64,000 bases of DNA from Clostridia bacterium (GTDB taxonomy: Bacteria > Bacillota > Clostridia > Oscillospirales > Acutalibacteraceae): assembly GCA_017416345.1 (NCBI GenBank), contig JAFQCR010000004.1:51783-115782 (forward strand), in the 5' to 3' direction. The notes below the pieces were generated by a model that had not been told where the DNA came from, did no database searches, and was given only the letters and a program-made list of their open reading frames with translations. Positions within the stretch are counted from its first letter, which is position 1, and every line of letters begins with the position of its first letter. Made by a program: the position numbers and the translations under genes. This document shows positions 10,109 through 18,822 of the stretch, in pieces.

Positions 10109-12382
10109 TTACATATAAACGTCAATATCCAAAACCTCACCCGTCTTCGGCGGTTGTATAAGGTTTCCTTCAATGGCCACACCGTTGACGCAAATGCATT
10201 TTTCAGAAGATTGAGCGTGATATTTTATTTTATACGTTCCGCCGCGGAATTTTTTAGTGATAGAGCAGTTTTCCCACTCAGGCGGCAGACAAGGGTCGAT
10301 AACCATACCGTTAAGAGTAGGTTTAAGACCGAACACAAAGTTTATCAGTGCTTTAGTCACCCATTGCGTTGTTGCGGTACGCCAGCTTTGGCCGGGTACA
10401 CCGTAGCGGTATTCGGTTTCGGGGCCGTGATAGAAATTGTATAGAATATAAGGCTCACCGCAGGTTGGAGCATATTCACGGTTCCAAGGCAGTATTTTTT
10501 TAAGTGTTTCCTGCACCTTCAAAGGCCTTTTCATAATACCCTCAACGGCAAGCTTCCAGGCCATGGGATGCAGATAAACCGCCTGATTTATCAGCGTGCC
10601 TTTGGGGTGAACCGTCATACTGCCTACGCAGTCGTCAAGCTCATCGTATCCGGGGTTGTTGACCAACGTTCCAAGCGGTGTTTCAAGCTTTTCGTCAACC
10701 GTTTGCATAAGCTTTAAAAGCTCTTCATAAGGCAACAAATCGGCAAAAACTGCCCACAACTGCGGGTTGAGATACATATTACCGCCGCGGCTTTCTTTGG
10801 AACCGATTTTTTCACCCTTATCATTGATAGCGGTGATGTAATACTCTCCGTCCCAACCGTATTTTTGAATTTTCACCGACATATCGGCGCCCATTTTTTC
10901 GTGGGTGTCAACAAGGTCCTCGTGACCTGACATTTTGCACAGCTCAATAAATTGCTTGTTTGCGCGCACCCAAGCAATCGAAAGCCAAACGCTGACTCCC
11001 TGCTCTTTAAGACCGGCAAAATTCATACTGTCGTTCCAATCTCCGCCCCAAATCTTAATAAGACCGTGCATTCCTTGGAAATTATAAAGATATTCAACGG
11101 CACGCCTAAGATGTTCAAAAACGGTAGCAGAAGTGCCATCGTTAAACAAAACCTCTTGTTGGAGCAACGAAACGTCACCGAGTTCGTTTATGATAGAAAA
11201 TGCTGTAAAGGTGATCCAAACGGCACAGTCAGAGAACTTGTTGGGCTTAATTGCACCGTCGATAAAGGTTCTCGGACAATAACCCGTCGGATATTGATAG
11301 GTTAAAATCCTTTTGAAGCGTTCCCAAGCCAACGTGGGATTAAATGCGCCAAGGCATTCGGTGTCACTCGCCATATCGCGATAGCCGTTGTGACGCACTC
11401 TTGCCCAACGCGAGCCCATATTGGTGGCATATTTATAAAATCCGTTAAACGCAAGATTAAGGTTTTGGTCGGGAGTTTCTATAAATACACCGTCGGTTTC
11501 AGAAAGTCTTTGTGCTTTTACCTCTTGCAGCATTGACTCGGATTTTTCGGCATTAAAATTCTGATTTGCGTTTTTAATGAAATCAAGACTTTCGGCATAG
11601 CCAACGCTGAACGCAACGGTTTTGCTCTCACCCGAGCCCAACTTACAAGCCACCTCAAGAGCAAAGCAGATTTTTTCGGTGACGCAGGCAGAATTTGTGC
11701 AACCGCAATTTTGTACCAAGGCCTCGGGGTCTTCTTTTGAATCATAGGTACCTATAAACGCATTTTTTCTTGTATCATAGCCGACAGGCTTTTCGGAAGC
11801 AATCATATAATCGTAAACAAAACGCAACTTTTTGGCATTAAAAGTGCTTGTTACGGTGGCAACGACGGCTTGACAATCGGGATTGTAATTGGCACTGAAA
11901 TTGTTATAGCCTTGCGGTGCATAGGGGCCGTCGCAAGAGGTAGCGGCATATCCAACAACCGAAAGGTCGGCCTCGGTGCTTCTTAAATTTGTCACCTTGA
12001 CCGTCCAAACCTCACGCCAACCATCCGTGGGAACAAAAACAGTATATTCGGAACGAATGCCGTTCTTTTCGCAAACAACGGTCGAATAACCAAGACCGTG
12101 GCGGCACTCATAAAAATCAAACTGTTCGCGCATCGGAAGTCCCACCGCGGTGTGGAAGGTGTTGTTCTGCTTGTCGCAGATATAAGCACATCGATCCATC
12201 ACAAGCTTGACACGTTTGCCTAAATCATCCTGACAAAAACCCTCGCCAAAGCCAACCTGTGATGCAAATGCGATATAGTCATTGTTATAATAATAGTTGT
12301 ACCAATGTCTTGGGGTTTTGCGGTCGGTTATTATGTATTCTTGTCCGTCCTCGCCCCAAAAACCGTATTCTTTATATTCCAT
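10109..12382 (-). CDS. GH94-like (cellobiose/chitobiose-phosphorylase-like) glycoside phosphorylase or hydrolase
   Basis: A 757-aa ORF without a signal peptide. The N-terminus YGFWGEDGQEYIITDRKTPRHWYNY mirrors the GH94 start pattern (YG.F.....EY.IT....P.PW.NY), and the C-terminal part has a size consistent with an (alpha/alpha)6 barrel. Confidence 0.5.
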   Translation of the reverse strand: MEYKEYGFWGEDGQEYIITDRKTPRHWYNYYYNNDYIAFASQVGFGEGFCQDDLGKRVKLVMDRCAYICDKQNNTFHTAVGLPMREQFDFYECRHGLGYSTVVCEKNGIRSEYTVFVPTDGWREVWTVKVTNLRSTEADLSVVGYAATSCDGPYAPQGYNNFSANYNPDCQAVVATVTSTFNAKKLRFVYDYMIASEKPVGYDTRKNAFIGTYDSKEDPEALVQNCGCTNSACVTEKICFALEVACKLGSGESKTVAFSVGYAESLDFIKNANQNFNAEKSESMLQEVKAQRLSETDGVFIETPDQNLNLAFNGFYKYATNMGSRWARVRHNGYRDMASDTECLGAFNPTLAWERFKRILTYQYPTGYCPRTFIDGAIKPNKFSDCAVWITFTAFSIINELGDVSLLQQEVLFNDGTSATVFEHLRRAVEYLYNFQGMHGLIKIWGGDWNDSMNFAGLKEQGVSVWLSIAWVRANKQFIELCKMSGHEDLVDTHEKMGADMSVKIQKYGWDGEYYITAINDKGEKIGSKESRGGNMYLNPQLWAVFADLLPYEELLKLMQTVDEKLETPLGTLVNNPGYDELDDCVGSMTVHPKGTLINQAVYLHPMAWKLAVEGIMKRPLKVQETLKKILPWNREYAPTCGEPYILYNFYHGPETEYRYGVPGQSWRTATTQWVTKALINFVFGLKPTLNGMVIDPCLPPEWENCSITKKFRGGTYKIKYHAQSSEKCICVNGVAIEGNLIQPPKTGEVLDIDVYM

Positions 12383-12396
12383 ATTCGCACCTTTCT

Positions 12397-13695
12397 TTAT
12401 TTTGAAATTTTGAGTTTTGCGTTTTCATAGCAGATTATTTTAATAATATCCTTTTGAATTTCAATCGGCATATCCCATTCACCCTTAACGTTTTGTTCGT
12501 CAAGCCACGAGCAGAGCAAACGTCTGAAATAATCGTGACGAGCAAAGGACAAAATGCTTCTCGAGTCGGTCGTCATACCGATAAACTGCGAAACAACGCC
12601 AAACGAAGCGATACAATTCAACGTGTTTTCGATGCCTAACTTGTGGTCGCACCACCACCACGCAGGGCCAAGCTGAACCTTAGACGGTGTTCCGTCCTCC
12701 GAAAAAGAGCCTTGCAGGACGGCTAAGGGTGCTTGGTCGCTCATATTAAGCGGGAAAAGCACCGTGTCGGGCAGTGCACCGTTTTGTTCCATTTTGCCCA
12801 AAAGGTCGGCAACGGCCGAAATCGGGAAGCTTTCGCCTGCCGCCGCAAAGCCGCCTGCAGGGCCTGCTATCGACCGCAGTCTCGGGCTTGTGCTTCGTTT
12901 GGCATTAAGGTGCAAAAGCAGAGTCCATCCACGCTTGGCGTATTCGTTGCCCAAAGCCACCAGTAAATCGGTCTTTTTGCCATCCAAATCATCCTTGAAA
13001 AATCCTGCGTCAAGAGAATGATCGGCAAACCGGCACCCCTTGGCGGCAAAACGGTCTAACATCACAGCAACTGCCTTTAAATATGTGGCATCATCCGAAA
13101 TTGCTACTCCGCTTTTTGCCGAAAGCTCGGTCTTAAAGCTTTCGGTCGGTGCGAGCAGGTCATCGGCACGAAGCGAGGGTGCTGTTGTTTGACCGTTAAA
13201 GCTTGAAATGTCCTCCAACAGCGTTGCAACGGGGGATTGATACTCGATATTAAAGCGTGCCAGAATCCCTTTTGTGGAAAATTCGGGTGAGCGGAGCATT
13301 TCGTTGATCTTATCGTAAATATTTTTGGCATTCTGACCGTTTATTGCATCGTTCACACCAAAAACCGCCGACAGCTCCATTCTCGACCAATCATAAACGG
13401 GATTGCCTGCAAGCATGGGGAAGATCTCACAATACTTTTGAAATTTCTCAAAAGGTTCGGCATCGCCCGTGATAAAATGCTCATCCACACCGCAAATTCG
13501 CATCAAACGGTGCTTATAAGGGTCGGGCTTGAGCCACAGATCGACTATATTATCGTGTTTTTTATCGGCTTTAATGTCGGCAACCGATATGTGATTGTGA
13601 AAATCAATTATCGGCAAGTCCTTTGCACAGCCAAAATAAAGCCGCTCGGCATTTTTAGTTTTCAACAAAAATTTTTCGTTCATTTCAAGCCTCAT
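12397..13695 (-). CDS. uxaC: glucuronate isomerase
   Basis: The 432-aa product carries LPIIDFHNHI, WLKPDPYKHRLMR, GNPVYDWSRMEL and GPAWWW, which are UxaC signatures. Confidence 0.88.
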   Translation of the reverse strand: MRLEMNEKFLLKTKNAERLYFGCAKDLPIIDFHNHISVADIKADKKHDNIVDLWLKPDPYKHRLMRICGVDEHFITGDAEPFEKFQKYCEIFPMLAGNPVYDWSRMELSAVFGVNDAINGQNAKNIYDKINEMLRSPEFSTKGILARFNIEYQSPVATLLEDISSFNGQTTAPSLRADDLLAPTESFKTELSAKSGVAISDDATYLKAVAVMLDRFAAKGCRFADHSLDAGFFKDDLDGKKTDLLVALGNEYAKRGWTLLLHLNAKRSTSPRLRSIAGPAGGFAAAGESFPISAVADLLGKMEQNGALPDTVLFPLNMSDQAPLAVLQGSFSEDGTPSKVQLGPAWWWCDHKLGIENTLNCIASFGVVSQFIGMTTDSRSILSFARHDYFRRLLCSWLDEQNVKGEWDMPIEIQKDIIKIICYENAKLKISK

Positions 13696-15676
13696 TTCTT
13701 GATTTTTCGGTCAGTTCCAAAAGTCCCAAAATATCTATCTTCTTTTCGCCACGGTGCCAATTCTCCCAACCGTTCACTTCAAGCACCGTGCGTTCTTCCA
13801 ATATGGTTATTAAAGCATTACAAGCAATTTCACCCGAAAGTTTCTTTTCTTCCTTTGAGGCGGTTTGACTTTTTAGTTCCATACAGGCTGCGCACCATTC
13901 GGTAAGCTTTTGCATGTGTAAAACCTGATATTTCAGAAACTGTCTGAAATAAAGCAGAGTTTCTTTCGGCAAATCAGCTTCTAAAGCTTCACACTTTGCG
14001 TAAAGATTTTTAAAACCCTCTGCGCTCTTTGCAAGTGCGAGCTTGGTGTCCATGGTAAAGGACGGCAATTTGTCGGTCAATCGGTTTAAAAGCATCATTT
14101 TACCGAACAGAGCCAACATTCCGTCATCGGCGGCATTACGCATAAACGGCAATTCCTCATACTCACGGTAATAAAAGTGCCAGAATTCCGCCGTCCTTTT
14201 CAAAAGCGGTTCGCCCAAGTCGAAAAAGCAACCGTAATACTGTCGGCGCAGGTCGTTGACCTGTTTGCCCGAATCACCGAACAGCTCCAAATCAAGCTTT
14301 AAAAGCTCAGCTTCCCAACTGAAGCCTTGAGGGTCTTTCAAAATTTCAGCATTCAGCATTGCCGACACGTGCAACGGACGGACGTTGGAAACGTTTAGTA
14401 TGGAGTAGCAAAGCTTATTGGTTTTTGAAGTCTCACGGTAACAAAACGCCTGCTTTTCGGGGTGACAGCCTTCGGCAAGATGCGGTCCTCTCATCCAAAA
14501 AGCGATATGGTAATACACACCGAAGGGACGGTCGCTTTGCAATGCGACATCATAAAGATCTGCACCAAACATCTGGTCGATGCCGCAATCCGAAAAAATA
14601 GGGATGGTGTTTTTGGGCAGTTGCAGATACCCCTTTCCGTAAAGCACGGAGCCTTCGTTCCAAAGCGTTGCGGTGCTGTAAAAATCATCGGTCTTCAAGG
14701 TGTTGCGGACTATTTCGTACTGTGCGCTTATGGCGTCCGAAATTATACCGCCACGGTCCTTCATGGATTGCGGAACGCTTGGGTCAGCTTGCCATACGGC
14801 TTGGTCGGCTTTTCCTCGAAGTCCCAACTGCCAAATAACCTTGTCGCCGTATTTAGCCCATTTTTCGGCATAATATGTCCAAATTTCAACCATTCTTTCA
14901 CGGTTGGTGATAAATGATATTGCTTCATTATCAAGCCCACGCTTTTTGAGATAGTTTTCGGCGCCGAAGTATGAAACACCCAACGGCTCTACGTGGTGCT
15001 GAGAAACATATAAACCACGCTCACAGGCTGTTTTTACAAGCTCTTCTTCGGCAGGATTATCAATATCAATAAACGAGCCGGGAATAATCAGATTGTTCTC
15101 TAACCGCAAAGCGGTCTCAAGGATCATATCCAACACATCGGTGTCCATTACGTTTTGATAAAACGGATAGTTGATATTTCGGGTGCCGCCGCTGATTTTA
15201 AAATCGGTCAAAAGGTCTTCATCATTCAAAAACCAACCTCTGAAACGGACACGGCGGGGAGACGAGGCAAGAAATTGTTCCTTTAAGGTCAAAGCTTCGG
15301 TTTGTTTTGGGAATAAATCGGTCAGTCTGTAAACGGGCGAGATATTTAAAAGACAGGTGGCAAAGCTGTAGATGCCGTAGACCGTGCCGAGCTCGTCGAA
15401 GCCGACGATAAAAACGGCATTTTCCGTGACGACTATTGTGTAGCCCTCGGGATCGGTCGGAGCTATGATATTTTTCGGCAGCTCATCGCCCACGGTCAAA
15501 ATATAAATCCCGTTTGCGTCGCTTTCGGCCTTTTCGGTTATCGGGAAGGCACCTTTTTGCCCGGATAGTCTTTCAAGGTTGCCCACAAGGTCTTGGGTCG
15601 CCTTTTTAACCGATAAAGCATTGGAATGCAAAACAATTTGACACGCTTTGGCAGATTCAAAGACTTTGAACATCAA
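13685..15676 (-). CDS. GH115-like alpha-glucuronidase-family protein (short form, cytoplasmic)
   Basis: A 663-aa ORF. It has an N-terminal alpha/beta module (..GYTIVVTENAVFIVGFDELGTVYGIYSF) followed by FRGWFLNDEDLL, matching the GH115 YRGIFINDED block. No signal peptide. It overlaps uxaC by 11 nt. Confidence 0.55.
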   Translation of the reverse strand: MMFKVFESAKACQIVLHSNALSVKKATQDLVGNLERLSGQKGAFPITEKAESDANGIYILTVGDELPKNIIAPTDPEGYTIVVTENAVFIVGFDELGTVYGIYSFATCLLNISPVYRLTDLFPKQTEALTLKEQFLASSPRRVRFRGWFLNDEDLLTDFKISGGTRNINYPFYQNVMDTDVLDMILETALRLENNLIIPGSFIDIDNPAEEELVKTACERGLYVSQHHVEPLGVSYFGAENYLKKRGLDNEAISFITNRERMVEIWTYYAEKWAKYGDKVIWQLGLRGKADQAVWQADPSVPQSMKDRGGIISDAISAQYEIVRNTLKTDDFYSTATLWNEGSVLYGKGYLQLPKNTIPIFSDCGIDQMFGADLYDVALQSDRPFGVYYHIAFWMRGPHLAEGCHPEKQAFCYRETSKTNKLCYSILNVSNVRPLHVSAMLNAEILKDPQGFSWEAELLKLDLELFGDSGKQVNDLRRQYYGCFFDLGEPLLKRTAEFWHFYYREYEELPFMRNAADDGMLALFGKMMLLNRLTDKLPSFTMDTKLALAKSAEGFKNLYAKCEALEADLPKETLLYFRQFLKYQVLHMQKLTEWCAACMELKSQTASKEEKKLSGEIACNALITILEERTVLEVNGWENWHRGEKKIDILGLLELTEKSRNEA

Positions 15677-15696
15677 AATCCCTCCTTTTTTATTTC

Positions 15697-15798
15697 ATTT
15701 TAACACAATCGTCGGTGGCAGACAATATCATATACAATACATTTTAACACTATTCGACCATTTTTGTATTGACAAACGCCGTCCGTGGCAGGTAAAAT
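15697..15798. promoter_or_regulatory. divergent promoter/operator region with two pairs of direct repeats
   Basis: cattttaacac occurs at 15697 and 15740. cgtcNgtggcag occurs at about 15710 and 15780. TTGACA is at 15769 with TAAAAT 18 nt later. Confidence 0.3.
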
Positions 15799-15815
15799 AG
15801 ATGTGAGGTGAGGCT

Positions 15816-16592
15816 ATGAAATTTCAATATCTTTTAAAAGACCCTGATTTCAGGGTCGGCAATATTGACGTTCAGACCGTGTCACGGCCAAAAAACTACC
15901 GCCATTCCTTTCTTGGCGGCCGTGAAAAGCACGGATTTGTCTATGTTGTCAATGGGAAAATGCTGGACTCCTTTGTCGGCTGTAGTGTTGATAACCTGCC
16001 GTCTTGTAAGGGTGAGTTGGTGTTTATCCCCAAAGGAAGCCGCTACACGGGCGCTTATATGGAAGAAAACACCGTTATCAAAATAATACAATTCGACATT
16101 TTGTCGGGAACTTTGCCCGAATATCTGTCCCACCCCGTAAAACTCAACCTCCCCAACGCCTTTGAGCTGGTTGAAGCCTTTTTCAGCCCTATCGAAAACC
16201 ACACGGTATACCATCCGTTTTATTATTTATCCTGCCTTTACGGACTACTGTGGAAAATTGATGAAAGTTATTCCAAACTTCCTCACAAATACAAAAAGCT
16301 TCAGCCTGCCTTGACCGAGATGGTTGGAAATTGGAACGAAAACCGAAAGGTGAGCTACTATGCCGAGCTTTGCGATATGAGTGAAACCAACTTCCGCAGG
16401 CTTTTCGGTGAGTATATGGGAATGTCGCCCATCGATTACCGCAACGACATCCGACTTATCAATGCCAAAGCTATGCTTCAAAGCGGTGAGTACAACGTTT
16501 CGGAGGTGGCCTTTGAATCGGGCTTTAGTAATCTGTCATTCTTCATCCGTCTTTATAAGAAAAAATACGGCCACACCCCGAAGCAGGGTTAG
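15816..16592 (+). CDS. AraC-family transcriptional regulator
   Basis: A 258-aa ORF with an N-terminal cupin-like domain and a C-terminal HTH_18 region (YYAELCDMSETNFRRLFGEYMGMSPIDYRN...GFSNLSFFIRLYKKKYGHTP). Confidence 0.85.
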   Translation: MKFQYLLKDPDFRVGNIDVQTVSRPKNYRHSFLGGREKHGFVYVVNGKMLDSFVGCSVDNLPSCKGELVFIPKGSRYTGAYMEENTVIKIIQFDILSGTLPEYLSHPVKLNLPNAFELVEAFFSPIENHTVYHPFYYLSCLYGLLWKIDESYSKLPHKYKKLQPALTEMVGNWNENRKVSYYAELCDMSETNFRRLFGEYMGMSPIDYRNDIRLINAKAMLQSGEYNVSEVAFESGFSNLSFFIRLYKKKYGHTPKQG

Positions 16593-16614
16593 CTGTATTT
16601 TCAAGCAAAAAATA

Positions 16615-16768
16615 AAAAGGGCTGTAAAAAACTCCAAAGACTGTCATTCTGAACGAAGTGAAGAATCTTAGATTTCCGAATCTCTGAAAAATTCGGTGTT
16701 TTAAAAGATTCTTCGGTCACTTTGTTCCCTCAGAATGACAATTGGATGAGTTTTTTACAGCCCCTTTT
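16615..16768. repeat. 154-bp imperfect inverted repeat filling a convergent intergenic region
   Basis: The arms aaaagggctgtaaaaaactc...tgtcattctga...gaagaatct and agattcttc...tcagaatgaca...gagttttttacagcccctttt flank a central hairpin ccgaat/attcgg. Confidence 0.8.
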
Positions 16769-16776
16769 GTTGAGCT

Positions 16777-17775
16777 TTACATTAACGGAATTATGTTTTC
16801 TTCCTCCAAAACGGGTTCTTCGCCGTTTAAAATACGGAGGATGTTGGGTACTGCACGGTCGGCTATTACCTTAAAGCCCTTTTCGTTGATATGGTTGTTG
16901 TTAAAACCGAAAAAGCTGTCACGGCAGTCGCAATATTCCTCGGTCGGCGGTACATTGAACCAGCCTTCCTCGTTTAAGGTGGGGTGCTTGAAGTACGACA
17001 TTGCACGGGTGATCATGTAAGCATTTTCGGTCTTTTGGCAGTAATCCTCCTGCGCACGCATAACGCCCGAAACGGTTTTGAGACCCCAATATCCCACACG
17101 TATTATCAAAAGCTTGGTAAAGCCGAGCTTTTTGGCCTTGGTCCACAAAAGACCGAGGTTGGCAATATAATTGTCGTAGCAATCATCGGTGCTGCCGTCG
17201 CTTTCGCCCTGCAGCCAAACAAGTATCTTTTCGCTCAAGTCGTCGTCGGGGAACTTTTTGGCCGAATCCGTGAAAAAGTCGGTGACCTTCTGCGCAAAAT
17301 ACTCTGCCGCACCGCCTTCAAGGTAGTACTTTATGGGCACGCCGCCTTTGGCAATGTGAGCATAACAGCAGGGGTAACCGTTGTCCTCAAGCGCCTTGAC
17401 GATAAAAGGAGGCAGGCAAACACCCATATTGTTATCCTTTTCGCAATAGGTCACAAACGGCAGGGTAGTCTTGGCGGCATCGTCATCCAGATTACACATT
17501 GAAGGGCAGAAATAGGTGTTCTTTTGGTAATCGGTAAGACTGCTCTTAAACTGCGGGAATGTGATGTTGCCGTAAGCGGCCTTCATATCAATGTACGAAA
17601 ACTCACCCGACGGAAAGCCGTAGGTCTTAAAGCCGCCGATGGGGTCACCCATTCTTTTGGGCTTGTGCAGATACTCGAAAGAGTTTTCAAAATTTATCTG
17701 CTCGCTTGCAGGATAAACGGCCGCTCCCATCATATTGGACTGACCTGCAAAGACAAGTAAAGGACGTTTTGCCAT
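16777..17775 (-). CDS. SASA-domain (sialate-O-acetylesterase-like, SGNH-type) carbohydrate esterase
   Basis: FAGQSNMMG and WLQGESDG motifs. I place the start at ATG 17775 (GAGGTG RBS) rather than the TTG at 17787. Confidence 0.7.
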   Translation of the reverse strand: MAKRPLLVFAGQSNMMGAAVYPASEQINFENSFEYLHKPKRMGDPIGGFKTYGFPSGEFSYIDMKAAYGNITFPQFKSSLTDYQKNTYFCPSMCNLDDDAAKTTLPFVTYCEKDNNMGVCLPPFIVKALEDNGYPCCYAHIAKGGVPIKYYLEGGAAEYFAQKVTDFFTDSAKKFPDDDLSEKILVWLQGESDGSTDDCYDNYIANLGLLWTKAKKLGFTKLLIIRVGYWGLKTVSGVMRAQEDYCQKTENAYMITRAMSYFKHPTLNEEGWFNVPPTEEYCDCRDSFFGFNNNHINEKGFKVIADRAVPNILRILNGEEPVLEEENIIPLM

Positions 17776-17802
17776 GATGCACCTCAAATTTTTTGTATAA
17801 AT

Positions 17803-17850
17803 GTAGGGGCTTCCTGTGTTCGCCCGGGGGCGTTCACAGAACGCCCCTTA
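17803..17850. repeat. GTAGGG-hairpin repeat doublet (REP-like), also the fba 3' stem-loop
   Basis: gtaggggcttcctgtgttcgccc is followed in inverted orientation by gggggcgttcacagaacgcccctta. The second unit folds as a perfect 9-bp hairpin ggggcgttc/gaacgcccc. Confidence 0.7.
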
Positions 17851-17882
17851 GATGAGTCGTTCTAATGTTTAGCTAAATAAAA

Positions 17883-18746
17883 TTAAGCCTTGCCGACCGA
17901 ACCGAAGAGCTCCATCTTTTCCTTAACCGTTGCCTTGATAGCCTCAAAGCCGGGTGCGAGAAGCTTTCTGGGGTCGAAGCCCTTGCCGGATAGATCCTTG
18001 CCGGCCTCAACATACTCACGGGTTGCAGCGGCAAATGCCAGCTGGCACTCGGTGTTGACGTTGATCTTGGAAACGCCAAGGGAGATAGCCTTCTTTATCA
18101 TATCGGCAGGGATACCGGTGCCGCCGTGGAGAACGAGAGGCATGGTGCCGGTGAGCTGCTGGATAGCATCAAGGGTGTCAAACGAAAGACCTGCCCAGTT
18201 TTCGGGGTACTTACCGTGGATGTTGCCGATACCTGCGGCCAACATGGTAACACCAAGGTCTGCGATCATCTTGCACTCTGCAGGATCTGCAACCTCACCC
18301 GAACCGATAACGCCGTCTTCCTCGCCGCCGATAGCGCCGACCTCAGCCTCCAAAGAGAGACCCTTTTCCTCACAGATTTTGACCAATTCCTTGGTCTTAG
18401 CAATGTTTTCCTCGATGGGGTAGTGAGAACCGTCGAACATTACGGAAGAGAAGCCTGCCTCGATGCACTTCTTGGCACCCTCGTAAGAGCCGTGGTCAAG
18501 ATGAAGTGCTACGGGAACGGTGATGCCAAGTTCATTGATCATGCCGTTTACCATACCGACAACGGTGGTGTAACCGCACATATACTTGCCTGCACCCTCG
18601 GAAACACCGAGGATAACGGGGGACTTGAGCTCCTCTGCGGTGAGCAGGATGGCCTTGGTCCACTCAAGATTGTTGATGTTGAACTGACCGACGGCATATT
18701 TGCCGGCCTTTGCTTTAGTAAGCATTTCTTTTGCAGATACTAACAT
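17883..18746 (-). CDS. fba: class II fructose-1,6-bisphosphate aldolase
   Basis: The 287-aa product has AVGQFNINNLEW, LHLDHG, MFDGS, HGGTGIP and KINVNTE. The RBS is GGAGGA. Confidence 0.92.
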   Translation of the reverse strand: MLVSAKEMLTKAKAGKYAVGQFNINNLEWTKAILLTAEELKSPVILGVSEGAGKYMCGYTTVVGMVNGMINELGITVPVALHLDHGSYEGAKKCIEAGFSSVMFDGSHYPIEENIAKTKELVKICEEKGLSLEAEVGAIGGEEDGVIGSGEVADPAECKMIADLGVTMLAAGIGNIHGKYPENWAGLSFDTLDAIQQLTGTMPLVLHGGTGIPADMIKKAISLGVSKINVNTECQLAFAAATREYVEAGKDLSGKGFDPRKLLAPGFEAIKATVKEKMELFGSVGKA

Positions 18747-18822
18747 TTACAATTCCTCCAAAGAATTTTTTACATTAATATTTTACACTCAAAAGCGCTT
18801 AAAATCAAGTGCTTTAAGTTAA

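Noticed and set aside
16381-16671. 96-aa plus-strand ORF ending ...CHSERSEES, and the 16742-17020 ORF.
   Set aside because: The first is out of frame with the AraC gene and reads into the palindromic repeat. The second starts inside the repeat and runs antisense to the esterase. Both are repeat-translation artefacts.
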